Shown: one piece after another, positions 47,400 through 59,783 of the stretch
Layout of the letters: each line of letters starts with the position of its first letter
Position numbering within the stretch: the stretch's first letter is position 1
Source of the DNA: the human T2T-CHM13v2.0 reference genome, Homo sapiens
Reading direction: 5' to 3' (one strand)
Assembly (NCBI RefSeq): GCF_009914755.1
Contig: NC_060930.1
Length of the DNA: 64,000 bases
Notes under the pieces: model-generated
What the model saw: the letters and a program-made list of their open reading frames with translations, nothing else
What the model was told of the DNA's origin: nothing
The model's database searches: none
Program-made: the position numbers and the translations under genes

Positions 47400-50300
47400 A
47401 GTCTGCAGTGGGGGTGGAGGTAGGTAGCAGGTGAGCCAGGCGACCTCGGCAGGAGCCAGAACAAGTAGGGCCTTGTGCACAAGTAAGAGGTTCAGCGTAA
47501 GTTTTCCTGAGGGCGATGAGAAGCCATGGAACGGTTTAAAGGGCAGCAGCAATATAAGGAGACATTTGCATGTCAGAAGACTTAACATGTGAAAAGCAAA
47601 ACTGAAAGGGGCAAAATGCATTGCAAGGATGTCAGTTAGGGAGCTTTGGCTGCCGTCCAGGGAAGAGATGATCAATCCCCAAGATCAGGGAGGAGGCAAC
47701 TGGGATGGGACAGTCTGAGCAGCGTCTAGATTTCCAGTACATGCACTTGATGGCAGGATAAGGTGCTGAGTTGGATTGGAGGAGGGAGGACGTTAAGAGG
47801 TGAAGGATGTCAGAGTATGGGGAGCCAAAGTGTTGTTTTTGAGCAGGAGCAGAGAGCAGGCTCCAGCGGAGGTGATGAGGTCGCCTGTGCACGTGTTAAA
47901 GGTGAGGTGCTATGGCACGATTAATTGGAGAAACTGCGAGTGAACAATTTGATATTCCTGGACACCCTCTCTGGAGTTTGGAGAACTGGAAGTCTGCACA
48001 GACCCTGAGATCCCATGAAGAAAGCGTCTGGACTGAACAGACGAGAGCCAACTTGAGATGAAGGTGCACAAGGGCAGAGGAGCCTGCCCAGGGGACCGCA
48101 AAGGGATAGGGTCAGAGAGAAAGAGGCAGACGCAGCCCAGAGGGAGAGGACCCAATGGAAAGGCCAGCCAAGCTGCACTGGGCTTGGCAGTGAGGAAGGG
48201 ATTGGGAAAGAGACTTTCCAGGGGAGTGGAGGAGGTGGAGGAGTGGAGGAGGTGGGGGAGTGGAGGAGGTGGAGGAGGTGGAGGAGGTGGGGGAGTGGAG
48301 GAGGTGGGGGAGTGGAGGAGGTGGAGTGGAGGAGGTGAGGGAGTGGAGGAGGTGGAGGATTGGAGGAGGTGGGGGAGTGGAGAAGGTGGAGGAGTGGAGG
48401 AGGTGGGGAGTGGAGGAGGTGGAGTGGAGGAGGTGAGGGAGTGGAGGAGGTGGAGGATTGGAGGAGGTGGGGGAGTGGAGAAGGTGGAGGAGTGGAGGGG
48501 GTGGGGAGTGGAGGAGGTGGAGGAGTGGAGGAGGTGGGGAGTGGAGGAGGTGGAGTGGAGGAGGTGAGGGAGTGGAGGAGGTGGAGGATTGGAGGAGGTG
48601 GGGGAGTGGAGAAGGTGGAGGAGTGGAGGGGGTGGAGGAGTGGAGGAGGTGGAGGAGTGGAGGAGGTGGGGAGTGGAGGAGGTGGGGGAGTGGAGAAGGT
48701 GGGTGGAGAAGGTGGCGAAGTGGAGGGGGTGGAGGAGTGGAGGGGGTGGGGGAGTGGAGGAGGTGGGGGAGTGGAGGAGGTGGAGGAGTGGAGGGGGTGG
48801 GGGAGTGGAGGAGGTGGGGGAGTGGAGGAGGTGGAGGAGGTGGAGTAGGTGGGGGAGTGGAGGAGGTGGAGGAGTGGAGGAGGTAGGGGAGTGGAGGAGG
48901 TGGGGGAGTGGAGGAGGTGGGGGAGTGGAGAAGGTGGAGGAGTGGAGGGGGTGGAGGAGTGGAGGAGGTGGAGGAGTGGAGGAGGTGGGAGAGTGGAGGA
49001 GGTCGGGGAGTGGAGGAGGTGGGGGAGTGGAGGGGCTGGGGGAGTGGAGGAGGTGGGGGAGTGGAGGAGGTGTAGGAGTGGAGGAGGAGGGGGAGTTGAG
49101 GAGGTGGGGGAGTGGAGGAGGTGGGGGAGTGGAGGAGGTGGAGTGGAGGAGGTGAGGGAGTGGAGGAGGTGGAGGAGGTGGAGGAGTGGAGGAGGTGGGG
49201 GAGTGGAGGTGGAGGAGTGGAGGAGGTGGGGGAGTGGAGGTGGAGGAGTGGAGGAGGTGGGGGAGTGGAGGAGGTGGAGGAGTGGAGGAGGTGGAGGAGG
49301 TGGAGGAGGTGGAAGAGGTGTGGGAGTGGAGGAGGTGGAGGAGGTGGGGGAGTGGAGGAGGTGGGGGAGTGGAGGTGGAGGAGTGGAGGAGGTGGGGGAG
49401 TGGAGGAGGTGGGGGAGTGGAGGTGGAGGAGGTGGAGGAGGTGGGGGAGTGGAGGTGGAGGAGGTGGAGGAGGTGGAGGAGTGGAGGAGGTGGAGGAGTG
49501 GAGGTGGAGGAGTGGAGGAGGTGGGGGAGTGGAGGAGGTGGAGGAGTGGAGGTGGAGGAGTGGAGGAGGTGGGGGAGTGGAGGAGGTGGGGGAGTGGAGG
49601 TGGAGGAGGTGGAGGAGGTGGGGGAGTGGAGGAGGTGGAGGAGGTGGAGGAGTGGAGGAGGTGGGGTAGTGGAGGAGGTGGGGGAGTGGAGGTGGAGGAG
49701 GTGGAGGAGGTGGGGGAGTGGAGGAGGTGGAGGAGGTGGAGGTGGAGTGGAGGAGGTGGGGGAGTGGAGGTGGAGGAGGTGGAGGAGGTGGGGTAGTGGA
49801 GGAGGTGGGGGAGTGGAGGTGGAGGAGGTGGGGGAGTGGAGGAGGTGGAGGAGGTGGAGGAGTGGAGGAGGTGGGGGAGTGGAGGTGGAGGAGGTGGAGG
49901 AGGTGGGGGAGTGGAGGAGGTGGAGGAGGTGGAGGAGGTGGGGGAGGTGGGGAAGTGGAGGAGGTGGAGGAGTGGAGGTGGAGGAGTGGAGGAGGTGGGG
50001 GAGTGGAGGAGGTGGGGGAGTGGAGGTGGAGGAGGTGGAGGAGGTGGGGGAGTGGAGGAGGTGGAGGAGGTGGAGGAGGTGGGGGAGTGGAGGAGGTGGG
50101 GGAGTGGAGGTGGAGGAGGTGGAGGAGGTGGGGTAGTGGAGGAGGTGGGGGAGTGGAGGTGGAGGAGGTGGGGGAGTGGAGGAGGTGGAGGAGGTGGAGG
50201 AGGTGGGGAAGTGGAGGAGGTGGAGGAGTGGAGGTGGAGGAGTGGAGGAGGTGGGGGAGTGGAGGAGGTGGAGGAGTGGAGGTGGAGGAGTGGAGGAGGT

Positions 50301-52450
50301 GGGGGAGTGGAGGAGGTGGGGGAGTGGAGGTGGAGGAGGTGGAGGAGGTGGGGGAGTGGAGGAGGTGGAGGAGGTGGAGGAGTGGAGGAGGTGGAGGAGT
50401 GGAGGAGGTGGGGGAGTGGAGGTGGAGGAGGTGGAGGAGGTGGGGTAGTGGAGGAGGTGGGGGAGTGGAGGTGGAGGAGGTGGGGGAGTGGAGGAGGTGG
50501 AGGAGGTGGAGGAGGTGGGGAAGTGGAGGAGGTGGAGGAGTGGAGGTGGAGGAGTGGAGGAGGTGGGGGAGTGGAGGAGGTGGAGGAGTGGAGGTGGAGG
50601 AGTGGAGGAGGTGGGGGAGTGGAGGAGGTGGGGGAGTGGAGGTGGAGGAGGTGGAGGAGGTGGGGGAGTGGAGGAGGTGGAGGAGGTGGAGGAGTGGAGG
50701 AGGTGGGGGAGTGGAGGAGGTGGGGGAGTGGAGGTGGAGGAGGTGGAGGAGGTGGGGGAGTGGAGGAGGTGGAGGAGTGGAGGAGGTGGGGGAGTGGAGG
50801 TGGAGGAGGTGGAGGAGGTGGGGTAGTGGAGGAGGTGGGGGAGTGGAGGTGGAGGAGGTGGGGGAGTGGAGGAGGTGGAGGAGGTGGAGGAGTGGAGGAG
50901 GTGGGGGAGTGGAGGTGGAGGAGGTGGAGGAGGTGGAGGAGGTGGAGGAGGTGGAGGAGGTGGAGGAGGTGGGGGAGGTGGGGGAGTGGAGGAGGTGGAG
51001 GAGGTGGAGGAGGTGGAGGAGGTGGAGGAGGTGGAGGAGGTGGGGGAGGTGGGGGAGTGGAGGAGGTGGAGGAGGTGGAGGAGGTGGAGGAGGTGGAGGA
51101 GGTGGAGGAGGTGGGGGAGTGGAGGAGGTGGAGGAGGTGGAGGAGGTGGGGGAGGTGGGGGAGTGGAGGAGGTGGAGGAGTGGAGGAGGTGGAGGAGGTG
51201 GAGGAGGTGGGGGAGGTGGGGGAGGTGGGGGAGGTGGGGGAGTGGAGGAGGTGGAGGAGGTGGAGGAGGTGGAGGAGGTGGAGGAGGTGGAGGAGGTGGG
51301 GGAGGTGGGGGAGTGGAGGAGGTGGAGGAGGTGGAGGAGGTGGGGGAGGTGGGGGAGTGGAGGAGGTGGAGGAGGTGGAGGAGGTGGAGGAGGTGGAGGA
51401 GGTGGAGGAGGTGGGGGAGGTGGGGAGTGGAGGAGGTGGAGGAGGTGGAGGAGGTGGGGGAGGTGGGGGAGTGGAGGAGGTGGAGGAAGTGGAGGAGGTG
51501 GAGGAGGTGGAGGAGGTGGGAGGTGGGGGAGTGGAGGAGGTGGAGGAGGTGGAGGAGGTGGAGGAGGTGGAGGTGGAGGAGGTGGGGGAGTGGAGGAGGT
51601 GGAGGAGGTGGAGGAGGTGGGGGAGGTGGGGGAGTGGAGGAGGTGGAGGAGGTGGAGGAGGTGGAGGAGGTGGGGGAGGTGGGGGAGTGGAGGAGGTGGA
51701 GGAGGTGGAGGAGGTGGAGGAGGTGGAGGAGGTGGGGGAGTGAGGAGGTGGAGGAGGTGGAGGAGGTGGAGGAGGTGGAGGAGGTGGAGGAGGTGGGGGA
51801 GTGGAGGAGGTGGAGGAGGTGGAGGAGGTGGGGGAGGTGGGGGAGTGGAGGAGGTGGAGGAGGTGGAGGAGGTGGGGGAGGTGGGGGAGGTGGGGGAGTG
51901 GAGGAGGTGGAGGAGGTGGAGGAGGTGGAGGAGGTGGAGGAGGTGGGGGAGTGGAGGAGGTGGAGGAGGTGGAGGAGGTGGGGGAGGTGGGGGAGTGGAG
52001 GAGGTGGAGGAGGTGGAGGAGGTGGGGAAGTGGAGGAGGTGGAGGAGGTGGAGGAGGTGGAGGAGGTGGGGGAGGTGGGGGAGTGGAGGAGGTGGGGGAG
52101 TGGAGGAGGTGCGGGAGTGGAGGAGGTGGAGGAGGTGGAGGAGGTGGAGGAGGTGGGGGAGGTGGGGGAGGTGGGGGAGTGGAGGAGGTGGGGTAGTGGA
52201 GGAGGGATGTGGGAGGGAAGGTGAGAGTTGGGCTAGAAGTGAGAGGCTACAGCTGGAGGGGATGCCCAGGAGAGAAAGCATCTTTGTAAGTGGAACAGAT
52301 GTGAGCATGAGTGGGTTCCACACTGGTGGGAGGAAGCCGTAGAGAGGAGGAGGTTGAAGATAAGGAGGGGGGCTTCCAAGGTGAAGTGGAGGGTGAGGGG
52401 CAGAGCACAGATGGGGCGATCTGCCTCAGATAGGGGGAGGAAGGCCCTGC
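47400..52450 (-). mobile_element. L2 relic interrupted by the G-rich array
   Basis: L2-like motifs before (GAGAAGCCATGGAACGGTTTAA; TTGGCAGTGAGGAAGGGATTGG) and after (GTAGAGAGGAGGAGGTTGAAGATA; CAGAGCACAGATGG) the array. Confidence 0.5.
48221..52206. repeat. ~4-kb G-rich complex minisatellite/VNTR
   Basis: Built from GGAGGAGGT, GGAGGAGT, GGGGGAGT, GGGGGAGGT and GGAGGT units; only four C counted on the + strand. Confidence 0.98.
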
Positions 52451-52997
52451 GGTCATCGACCCACGTGTCTGCCTTAGGAATGGCCCCGTCTGCAACAGAC
52501 AGGTCTCTGCACACCTGCCGGGGTCTCCTTCCTCTGGCATACTTGGGGGAAAGCTGGGAGGAGCGCCGGATCACATTTCCTCTTGCGTTGGTCCATGCTG
52601 CAACCCCTCACCTCCGAAGCCTTCACATCTGCTGTGCTTTCTGCTCTCTTCGCTGCTCATCTCCCTTGAGACCCAGGACAAACCTCATCTTCTGAAATGT
52701 GCTCCACCCTCCCCGATGGCCTGGGGAGAGGGAGAGAGGGATCACACTTCTTCCCACTGTCTGTCCAAAGCAGGTGTGAGGCCTGTCTTTTAATTCCCCC
52801 TAGTCCCGTGAATGCAAGGCCAGTGGTCACAGTGCAGTGATGAGGCACAGCACCTCTGTCTCGTGCTATCCCAGTCTCAGGGAAGTCCTCAGTGGCTCTT
52901 TCCTATGGCAGTGGGTAAACAATGGGGAAGACAGTTCAGTTTCCCAGGGCCGGCCGTGTTGCTGATCAACACAAACGCCATGCAAAGACTTTAGCAG

Positions 52998-53297
<300 letters not shown>

Positions 53298-55033
53298 CTT
53301 AAGCAGCAGGCTGGCTCTTGCTGGGAGCCTTGAAAGTTTTTAAAAAATCAGGACCCACTCCAGTTTTCTTTCAGAGAAAGAAACCGGATCTTTCTCCTCC
53401 AGGCCAGTCGTATGCCAGGAGGCTTGGCCCATTTTCCCTTGGTACCTCCACTCCGGTGGCCAACACCCCTCATGTCCTACCATTGACTGACTTTACAGTG
53501 CCCCAGCAGTTACCTCCATTTTTCCCCCAATTGCTTTTTACACTTGAAAAGCCAAGACATTTTCTGAAAGTAAAGAGCAGTCCCTCTCCAAGAGAAATTC
53601 TGCACTCCTTCTTAGAACAATTGCTTCAAACAGTAGCCACCTTCTGTTTTCATAAATTTGCCACCAGCACTATTATAAAAGGGCAAGGTGGGGAGAGATG
53701 GGGAAGACTTGTCCTCCCATGCTTTCTATTTTCTCTACTGAGTAGGAGACAAGATCACTTGCTGAAAAGGAGGAGAAAGGTGGAGAGTCATGTTTGAGGA
53801 GTGTGGAGACAGTTCTAAGTAGCTGCTACTGGGAATGGAAGAGAGGATGGAATGAGGGAGGTTGGGGACCATGGTTTGGCGGTGACATTGTCTGCCCCAG
53901 ATGAACTCAGCACCCAGGTGTGCAGACAGAGAAGATACATTTAGCCAGAGTTAAGATTCTTCTAAGTGGATGAACAGAAGGAAAATGGAAACTGGAATTC
54001 AAGTTTTGACAAGAGGGAAATTGAAAAACCAGCCCATGGAATGTAGCTGGATTTGTGAATTGGGACCCTTGATTTTGAATAATAGACGCCAACCCATACT
54101 AGTACAAATTAAAAGGGAATTTAACTGCTAATAATTGGGAAGCACAGGGGCGACAGGAGCTAGGGGCTCAGATGGCATCATTGGGCCTCTCAATTCTCAT
54201 TCCACCATCCAGCCTGATGTTCCTCCATGGGCAGAATGAGAGGAGGCCATGGTCACAAGAACTCCCACTTGTATCACCCCAGGACAACAGCCACAGAGAA
54301 ATGACACGTTCTCTCTCCCATTATGGAAAAAAAATCCTGGGGGAAGATTCTGTTGGGCCTGGCCTGGCTCACATGATTACTCCAGGCTAGGAAGGTGGAC
54401 ACTCAGGGGTGCAGCCCACAGGTCCTTAAGTTTTCAGTGGGGAAGAAACTCTCCCATCACATCTTGAAGAAAGAGAATGTTGCTACTAGAAGCAGGCACC
54501 AGAAAGAAACAACATCCACCCACCTCAAGAGAAGCAAATGAGGACAGAAGGAGGCTGAGAGATGGAAAGAAAGTAGAAAGCAAAGAGCCTGGTGATGGTT
54601 CCTGGTGGCGTGGGGTGGCCCCAGGTCCCATGGGCCTCTTAGGATGTGGCTTGGCTCCCGTAGGTTTGTTTGCTACAGGAGGCCTGGTCTCTGGTGGATG
54701 AAGGATGGTGGAGTTACTGCGAAAGCAAAGACATTGAGATGCAGTGGAGCCGGATTAGAATCTCAGGTATGATATTTACGGGCTATGTGCCTGAGACAAA
54801 TCCTTCACTTCTCCGAGGAATCCACTCTTTATCTGCAGAAGGGAAATTAAAATAATTACATTATGGGATGATCAAGGGCATTAACCGAAATCAGATATTA
54901 AAATTCCTATAAAGTGTCTCAGTGCAAGCACCCAACAAATATTAGTGTCCCTCCCCACTGAAAATTCAAATTGCCAAGCCAGTGACTTTCCTTCAAGTTC
55001 TGTTACATAATGACCTTTAAAGGAGGCAAAAGC

Positions 55034-55317
55034 AGCCGGGTATGGTGGCTCACGCCTGTAATCCCAGCACTTTGGGAGGCCAAGGCGGGTGGATCACGAG
55101 GTCAGGAGATCAAGACCACGGTGAAACCCCGTCTCTACTAAAAAATACAAAAAATTAGCCAGGCGCAGTGGCGGGTGCCTGTAGTCCCAGCTACTTGGGA
55201 GGCTGAGGCAGGAGAATGGTGTGAACCTGGGAGGTGGAGCTTTCAGTGAGCAGAGATCACGCCACTGCACTCTGGCCTGGGAGACAGAGCGAGACTCCAT
55301 TTAAAAAAAAAAAAAAA
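55034..55317 (+). mobile_element. AluY with 12-bp left-arm deletion (AluYd/Yc3-like)
   Basis: GAGATCAAGACCA|CGGTGAAACCCC lacks TCCTGGCTAACA; TSD AGGCAAAAGCAG. Confidence 0.85.
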
Positions 55318-55902
55318 GGCAAAAGCAGTCAGTAAATTCTCAACAAGTATCAAAGTGAATGATGAATGAATGAACGCATATAAAATGAGGCCTCTTTTAA
55401 ACAGTCATCCCATCATTAACAGAAGACATATTGCTCTTTTAACTGTGTTTTCTGTTGTTTCGGTGATGCCTGTCTTTAACACTGGAATAACTATACAGTG
55501 GCGCCCTTGTCTGATGAAATCATCAATTTCTGAAGGGTCAAGTTGCAGTATTTATCATCATGCTTTCTCTCCCCATTTTAGGAAATACTTTACTGCTAAA
55601 ATGGGGAATGGCAAACCATCCAGTGAATTCCTCCTGCTGGTGCTGTTGCCAGCAGGTTGAGCCTAAAGGACTTGAAAGGCACTGCTGCTGCACCTGCAGT
55701 GGGATTAGCTGTCACGGCAGCCTCTGGAGTGGTAGGAACAGCTAAGTGGTGCTCCGTATGCAGCTGCTCTCAGCAGTCAGGTTTATTCACAGGCTTCTCC
55801 AACGTTTAGAGCTATGCTGAGCACTGACCACAGGTAAAGAGGCCCATCCTCACCATTGTCAATGAGCCTATTACCCAATTGGGAGTTAGATCAGATTTTT
55901 TT

Positions 55903-56320
55903 TGTATTGATTTCCTATTACTGCCATAACAAATAACAGCAAACCAGAGGCTTAAAACAATAGAAATGTATTGTTTCCCAGTTCTAGAGGCTAGGAACTC
56001 AAAACCTCAAAACCAAGGTGTCAGCATGACCATGTTCTCTCAGGGGGCGCTACGGGAGGGTCCCTTCTTGCCTCATCCCAGCTTCGGGTGGCTGCCAGCA
56101 ATCCTTAGCCTTTCTGGTCTTCAAGCTGCATTACTTCAGTCTCTGCCTCCATCATCACTGTGAATCTATTCGTGCCCAAATTGCCACCTTTCAGTATAAG
56201 GACACCAGTTACTGGATTAGGACCTACCCCAATTCAGTATGACTTCATCTTAATTTGATTACATCTGCAAATACCTTATTTCCAAGTATCTTTTGGGAAG
56301 GCAAAATTCAACCCACAGCA
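55903..56320 (-). mobile_element. MLT1 MaLR LTR relic
   Basis: TGTATTGATTTCCTATTACTGCCATAACAAAT...ATTACATCTGCAAA...TTCAACCCA. Confidence 0.75.
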
Positions 56321-58454
56321 CTTCCTAATGAATATTTCTTATATTCATGAAAAAACTGAGAGAGCAAGAACTAGATGCCACACAGGTGAAATTCATGTCA
56401 AATCCAGGGAAGAGAGAATTACCTTGAGTGAGGTGAGGGAGTAGTAAATCTTGAAGAATGGTTAGGAGTTAGATAGAAATGAGGATAAGGACATGTTATC
56501 ATCATAAGAACCATTTCTTGATCATCTACTCTGCGTTAGACACTGTGCTGGATGCTTTGAATACATGATCTCTAATCCCCCATTGTCTGCAATCTATTAG
56601 AAAATGGATTCTGAAGATGTAACATGACTTTTTCAAAGTCACACAGTTGGATGGTGGTAAGGAGAGAATTTTTACCCAGGTCCAACTGATGCAAAAGCAA
56701 TCTGGCTTAAGAACCAGTCCACTGCACTGCACAGGCTCCTAGGTGGAAACAGGGAGCAAAAATGTGATGCGAGTGCTATGAGTATGTTGAGTATGAGTAT
56801 GAGTATGTTGTAGAGGATCAACATCACCTGTCTGGCCTGAATGACAGCCTCCTGCCGGGAGGGCAGCCGATGAGCTGGACAGGTAGGTCAGAACCACGTG
56901 GTGAAGGCTTCCCTGTCACAATCCCTGTCTAGGAGTTACTAGAATAAGGGAACCCTGGAAGTGAATTAGCAGGAGAGTCCTGTTTCCAGCTGCCAGTCAT
57001 GGGACAAGGGGTGGAAAATATATGTGAGAAAAAAATGTGTATGTGTGTTACTCAGATTGCACATTGGAGACAATTGCTGTAATTCCTCAAGCTTTCAACA
57101 AGGACAAGGGAAAGAGCCAGCAGATGTGTTCAGGTCCAATTTCTGGTACTGCCTGGCCTTAGGCAAATCCCTTAGTCTTTCTGTGACTCAGTTTCCTCTT
57201 CTCCCAAAGGAAGATAATGATGCCTTCCTGAGCCTCCTCATGGTATCATTGGGAGAGCCACCAGGATAATGTGTTTGGAAGTATTACTACGGACCTAAGA
57301 GCCTTGGCAAGACGCTGTTGGTGGCCGTCTTGAAGCATGGACCTTCCCTGCAATTGCTTTGGAATTAATGAAAAAGACAAAAAGTTAATGTAAATGTCAT
57401 TTTAAAAGACAAATAATGTAATTAGATTTGGATGTTCTGGTTTTTTCCTGGGTGGTGGGGAAGGGTCTACGCAGACAACTGTATGTGTTCGAGTCGCAGG
57501 GCCTGGGTTGGAGTCTCACCTCCACCACTTGAAAGAAGTGTTAAGATCTCTGTCAGTCTCTTGTGCTCTGAGTTTAATCTTTCCTACTGGCAAAATGGGT
57601 ACAGTCAGTACACAGAGACTTCCCGTGAAGATTAAATTCAATCCAATATGTGAAGTACCTGATGTAACAGATATTTGATTAATATCCACTGTTGTTATTA
57701 TTCTAGAATGTAATGAGTTTGCTTGTCTTATCATCTTCTTTTTCCAGGCACTGACAAGAAAAGTCTCCATTGCTCGGGGGAGAAACAAAGGGTGAGTAAG
57801 CTATTCTCTCCTTTGGGGAAAAAAAAGTCTGTCTTCAATAGTTTCCTTTGTGCAAATATTTGTTCTAGTCTATTTCGTTTACTAACAATGGGGCTGTTCG
57901 GAATGTGTAGTTTTCATGAGTTTCAGAGAATCTTCTTTATTCCCCTTCTCTGAGTTTTATTTGGGCTATGACATTCCAAGGGCCGGCTCTGAGGCCAGCC
58001 AGCCTGCAGACCCCTGGTGACAGGACCCCAAGGTCCCGCCTGGCTCTCCTGCCTGGCTCTCTCCTCCACCCTCTCCTAGTTCGCTGGGCTGCCTGGTGAG
58101 TAAGCCTCCTGCTCCGTCCCTGCTTACTTCATTGCAAAATGAGGGTGGTAAAAACATTTACTAACCTCAACAGGATGTTGTGGCAATTAGTGGATAAATA
58201 ATTATAGAGCACACTCACATGTAATGCTCCTGATAAAGCTACATTTATTTTTAGGAGCTCACAAAAGGAAGATTTTCCTTCTGAGCGTCCAGGGGTGACT
58301 CTTGGCGTGGCCTGTGATTTGGCCTCTGGTTGGGTGTGCCTCCATCCTCCTAGGGACAGAATTCTGAACATCCCAACTACAGGCCCATTTCCCTAGAATG
58401 TAGCCTTCCAGGACCAGAATTCTCTCCTTTTCAGCAGCACTGAATGGATATCAT

Positions 58455-58635
58455 AGAGTTGTCAGTTAAATTTTCCAGGACTCTCTGTTAAATTTGAATT
58501 TAAGATAAACAATAAATAATATTTTAGTAGAAGTATGTCTTGCTTCTCTTACTACTATTGCATGAATCATAATTATTCAAACAATTATTCATCATTTATC
58601 TGAAATTCAAATTTAACTGGACCTTCTTTTCTGTT

Positions 58636-58666
<31 letters not shown>

Positions 58667-58731
58667 CTCTCTCTCTCTTTCCTTCCTTCTTTCTTCTTTC
58701 TTTCAATTTTTTGCAAAATCTGGCAAACCTA
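58455..58731. mobile_element. MER53-like hAT relic containing a CT-rich tract (58624-58703)
   Basis: GTTAAATTTGAATTTAAGATAAAC / TTTATCTGAAATTCAAATTTAACTGG inverted arms. Confidence 0.65.
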
Positions 58732-59739
58732 GGGGTCCACAGTGTTGTGTAGCAACCTCTCAGGACGATGACATTTAGAAGAAGCATAATGTGTACCTTC
58801 AAGGAAGCACAAACTTGTTCTTGGTGTTAATGTATGACATGCAATTCTGCACCCAAATTATGTAATGCTCCTCATTGAGGCAGAAGTCTTCAAATGGGAC
58901 TGCTCACCTAGTCCTGCCTTCTACAGTTGTGACCCTAATAGTCAGGTAGTGTCCATCCCATGTGCCTATATGTAACAATATAGAGAGTGTTTCTTTAACT
59001 CTAGGACTTTGTGAAGATGAGAAAATGTTTGAGAAGGATTGAACCTCACACTCAGTAGCAGAATATTTGGTTGAACTTACACCATTCATGTTTTTCAAGG
59101 TCAAAAAAAAAATAGTCAACAGCAGCAATTTCACATGTTCAACCTATCCCTGCAAGCTCCCATTTGAGAAACCATTGCAGACACAGAGCAGGCTCTGCCG
59201 TCTGGCTCCTTCACCTCCGTCACCGAGCTGGATCTGCTTCTGGGTGATGTGACCACCTGCTCTGTTAGGACATTTGCTCTGTTGGGGCATGTACTCTGGT
59301 AGAGTGCTTGATTCCAGCATTATGCCCTTAATATGAGGTCTCAGTCTATGCTTATGTAATTTCCCAAGGTAGTGAGTGTTTACGAATTGACTTCAATGGA
59401 AGGAAGGCCTTGGTTCTTACAAAATTCTCTGGAAAAGGATGATTGTGGAGATTAAGTTCTGGTAATAACTAAGTAGCTTAGTAAGACTAAAGCCTGAAAT
59501 AATTGAAATAATAAGGGCAATTTTTTGAAAAATATTTTAAAAACCTAGGGAGTGAGCAGAAGCAGGTAGAAACCGGAGTGGAGTTTATTCTTGGAAGATG
59601 AGATTTCGGAGTTTATAGCTTCTTTTATTTTTTATTTTTCTTGAGAGAACTTCCCTTACCACCGTCCCCCTTATAGGCAGAAAACATCAGCCTTACTGGC
59701 TTGAGGTAGATGTAATATATACAACAACAGTATCACAAA

Positions 59740-59740
<1 letters not shown>

Positions 59741-59772
<32 letters not shown>
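59741..59772. repeat. (TG)n microsatellite
   Basis: Directly visible. Confidence 0.95.
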
Positions 59773-59774
<2 letters not shown>

Positions 59775-59783
59775 TATGTGCAG

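Noticed and set aside
48221-52206. PRDM9-A motif (CCNCCNTNNCCNC) array
   Set aside because: The common units I tested on the C strand place C, not T, at position 7; no exact match found by eye
48058-52342. Long plus-strand Gly/Glu/Trp/Arg-rich ORFs (up to 874 aa)
   Set aside because: By-products of low-complexity repeat; mostly GTG/TTG starts, same peptides in all frames
58455-58731. miR-1302-type hairpin from MER53
   Set aside because: Central palindrome is degenerate and one arm is disrupted by a CT-rich tract
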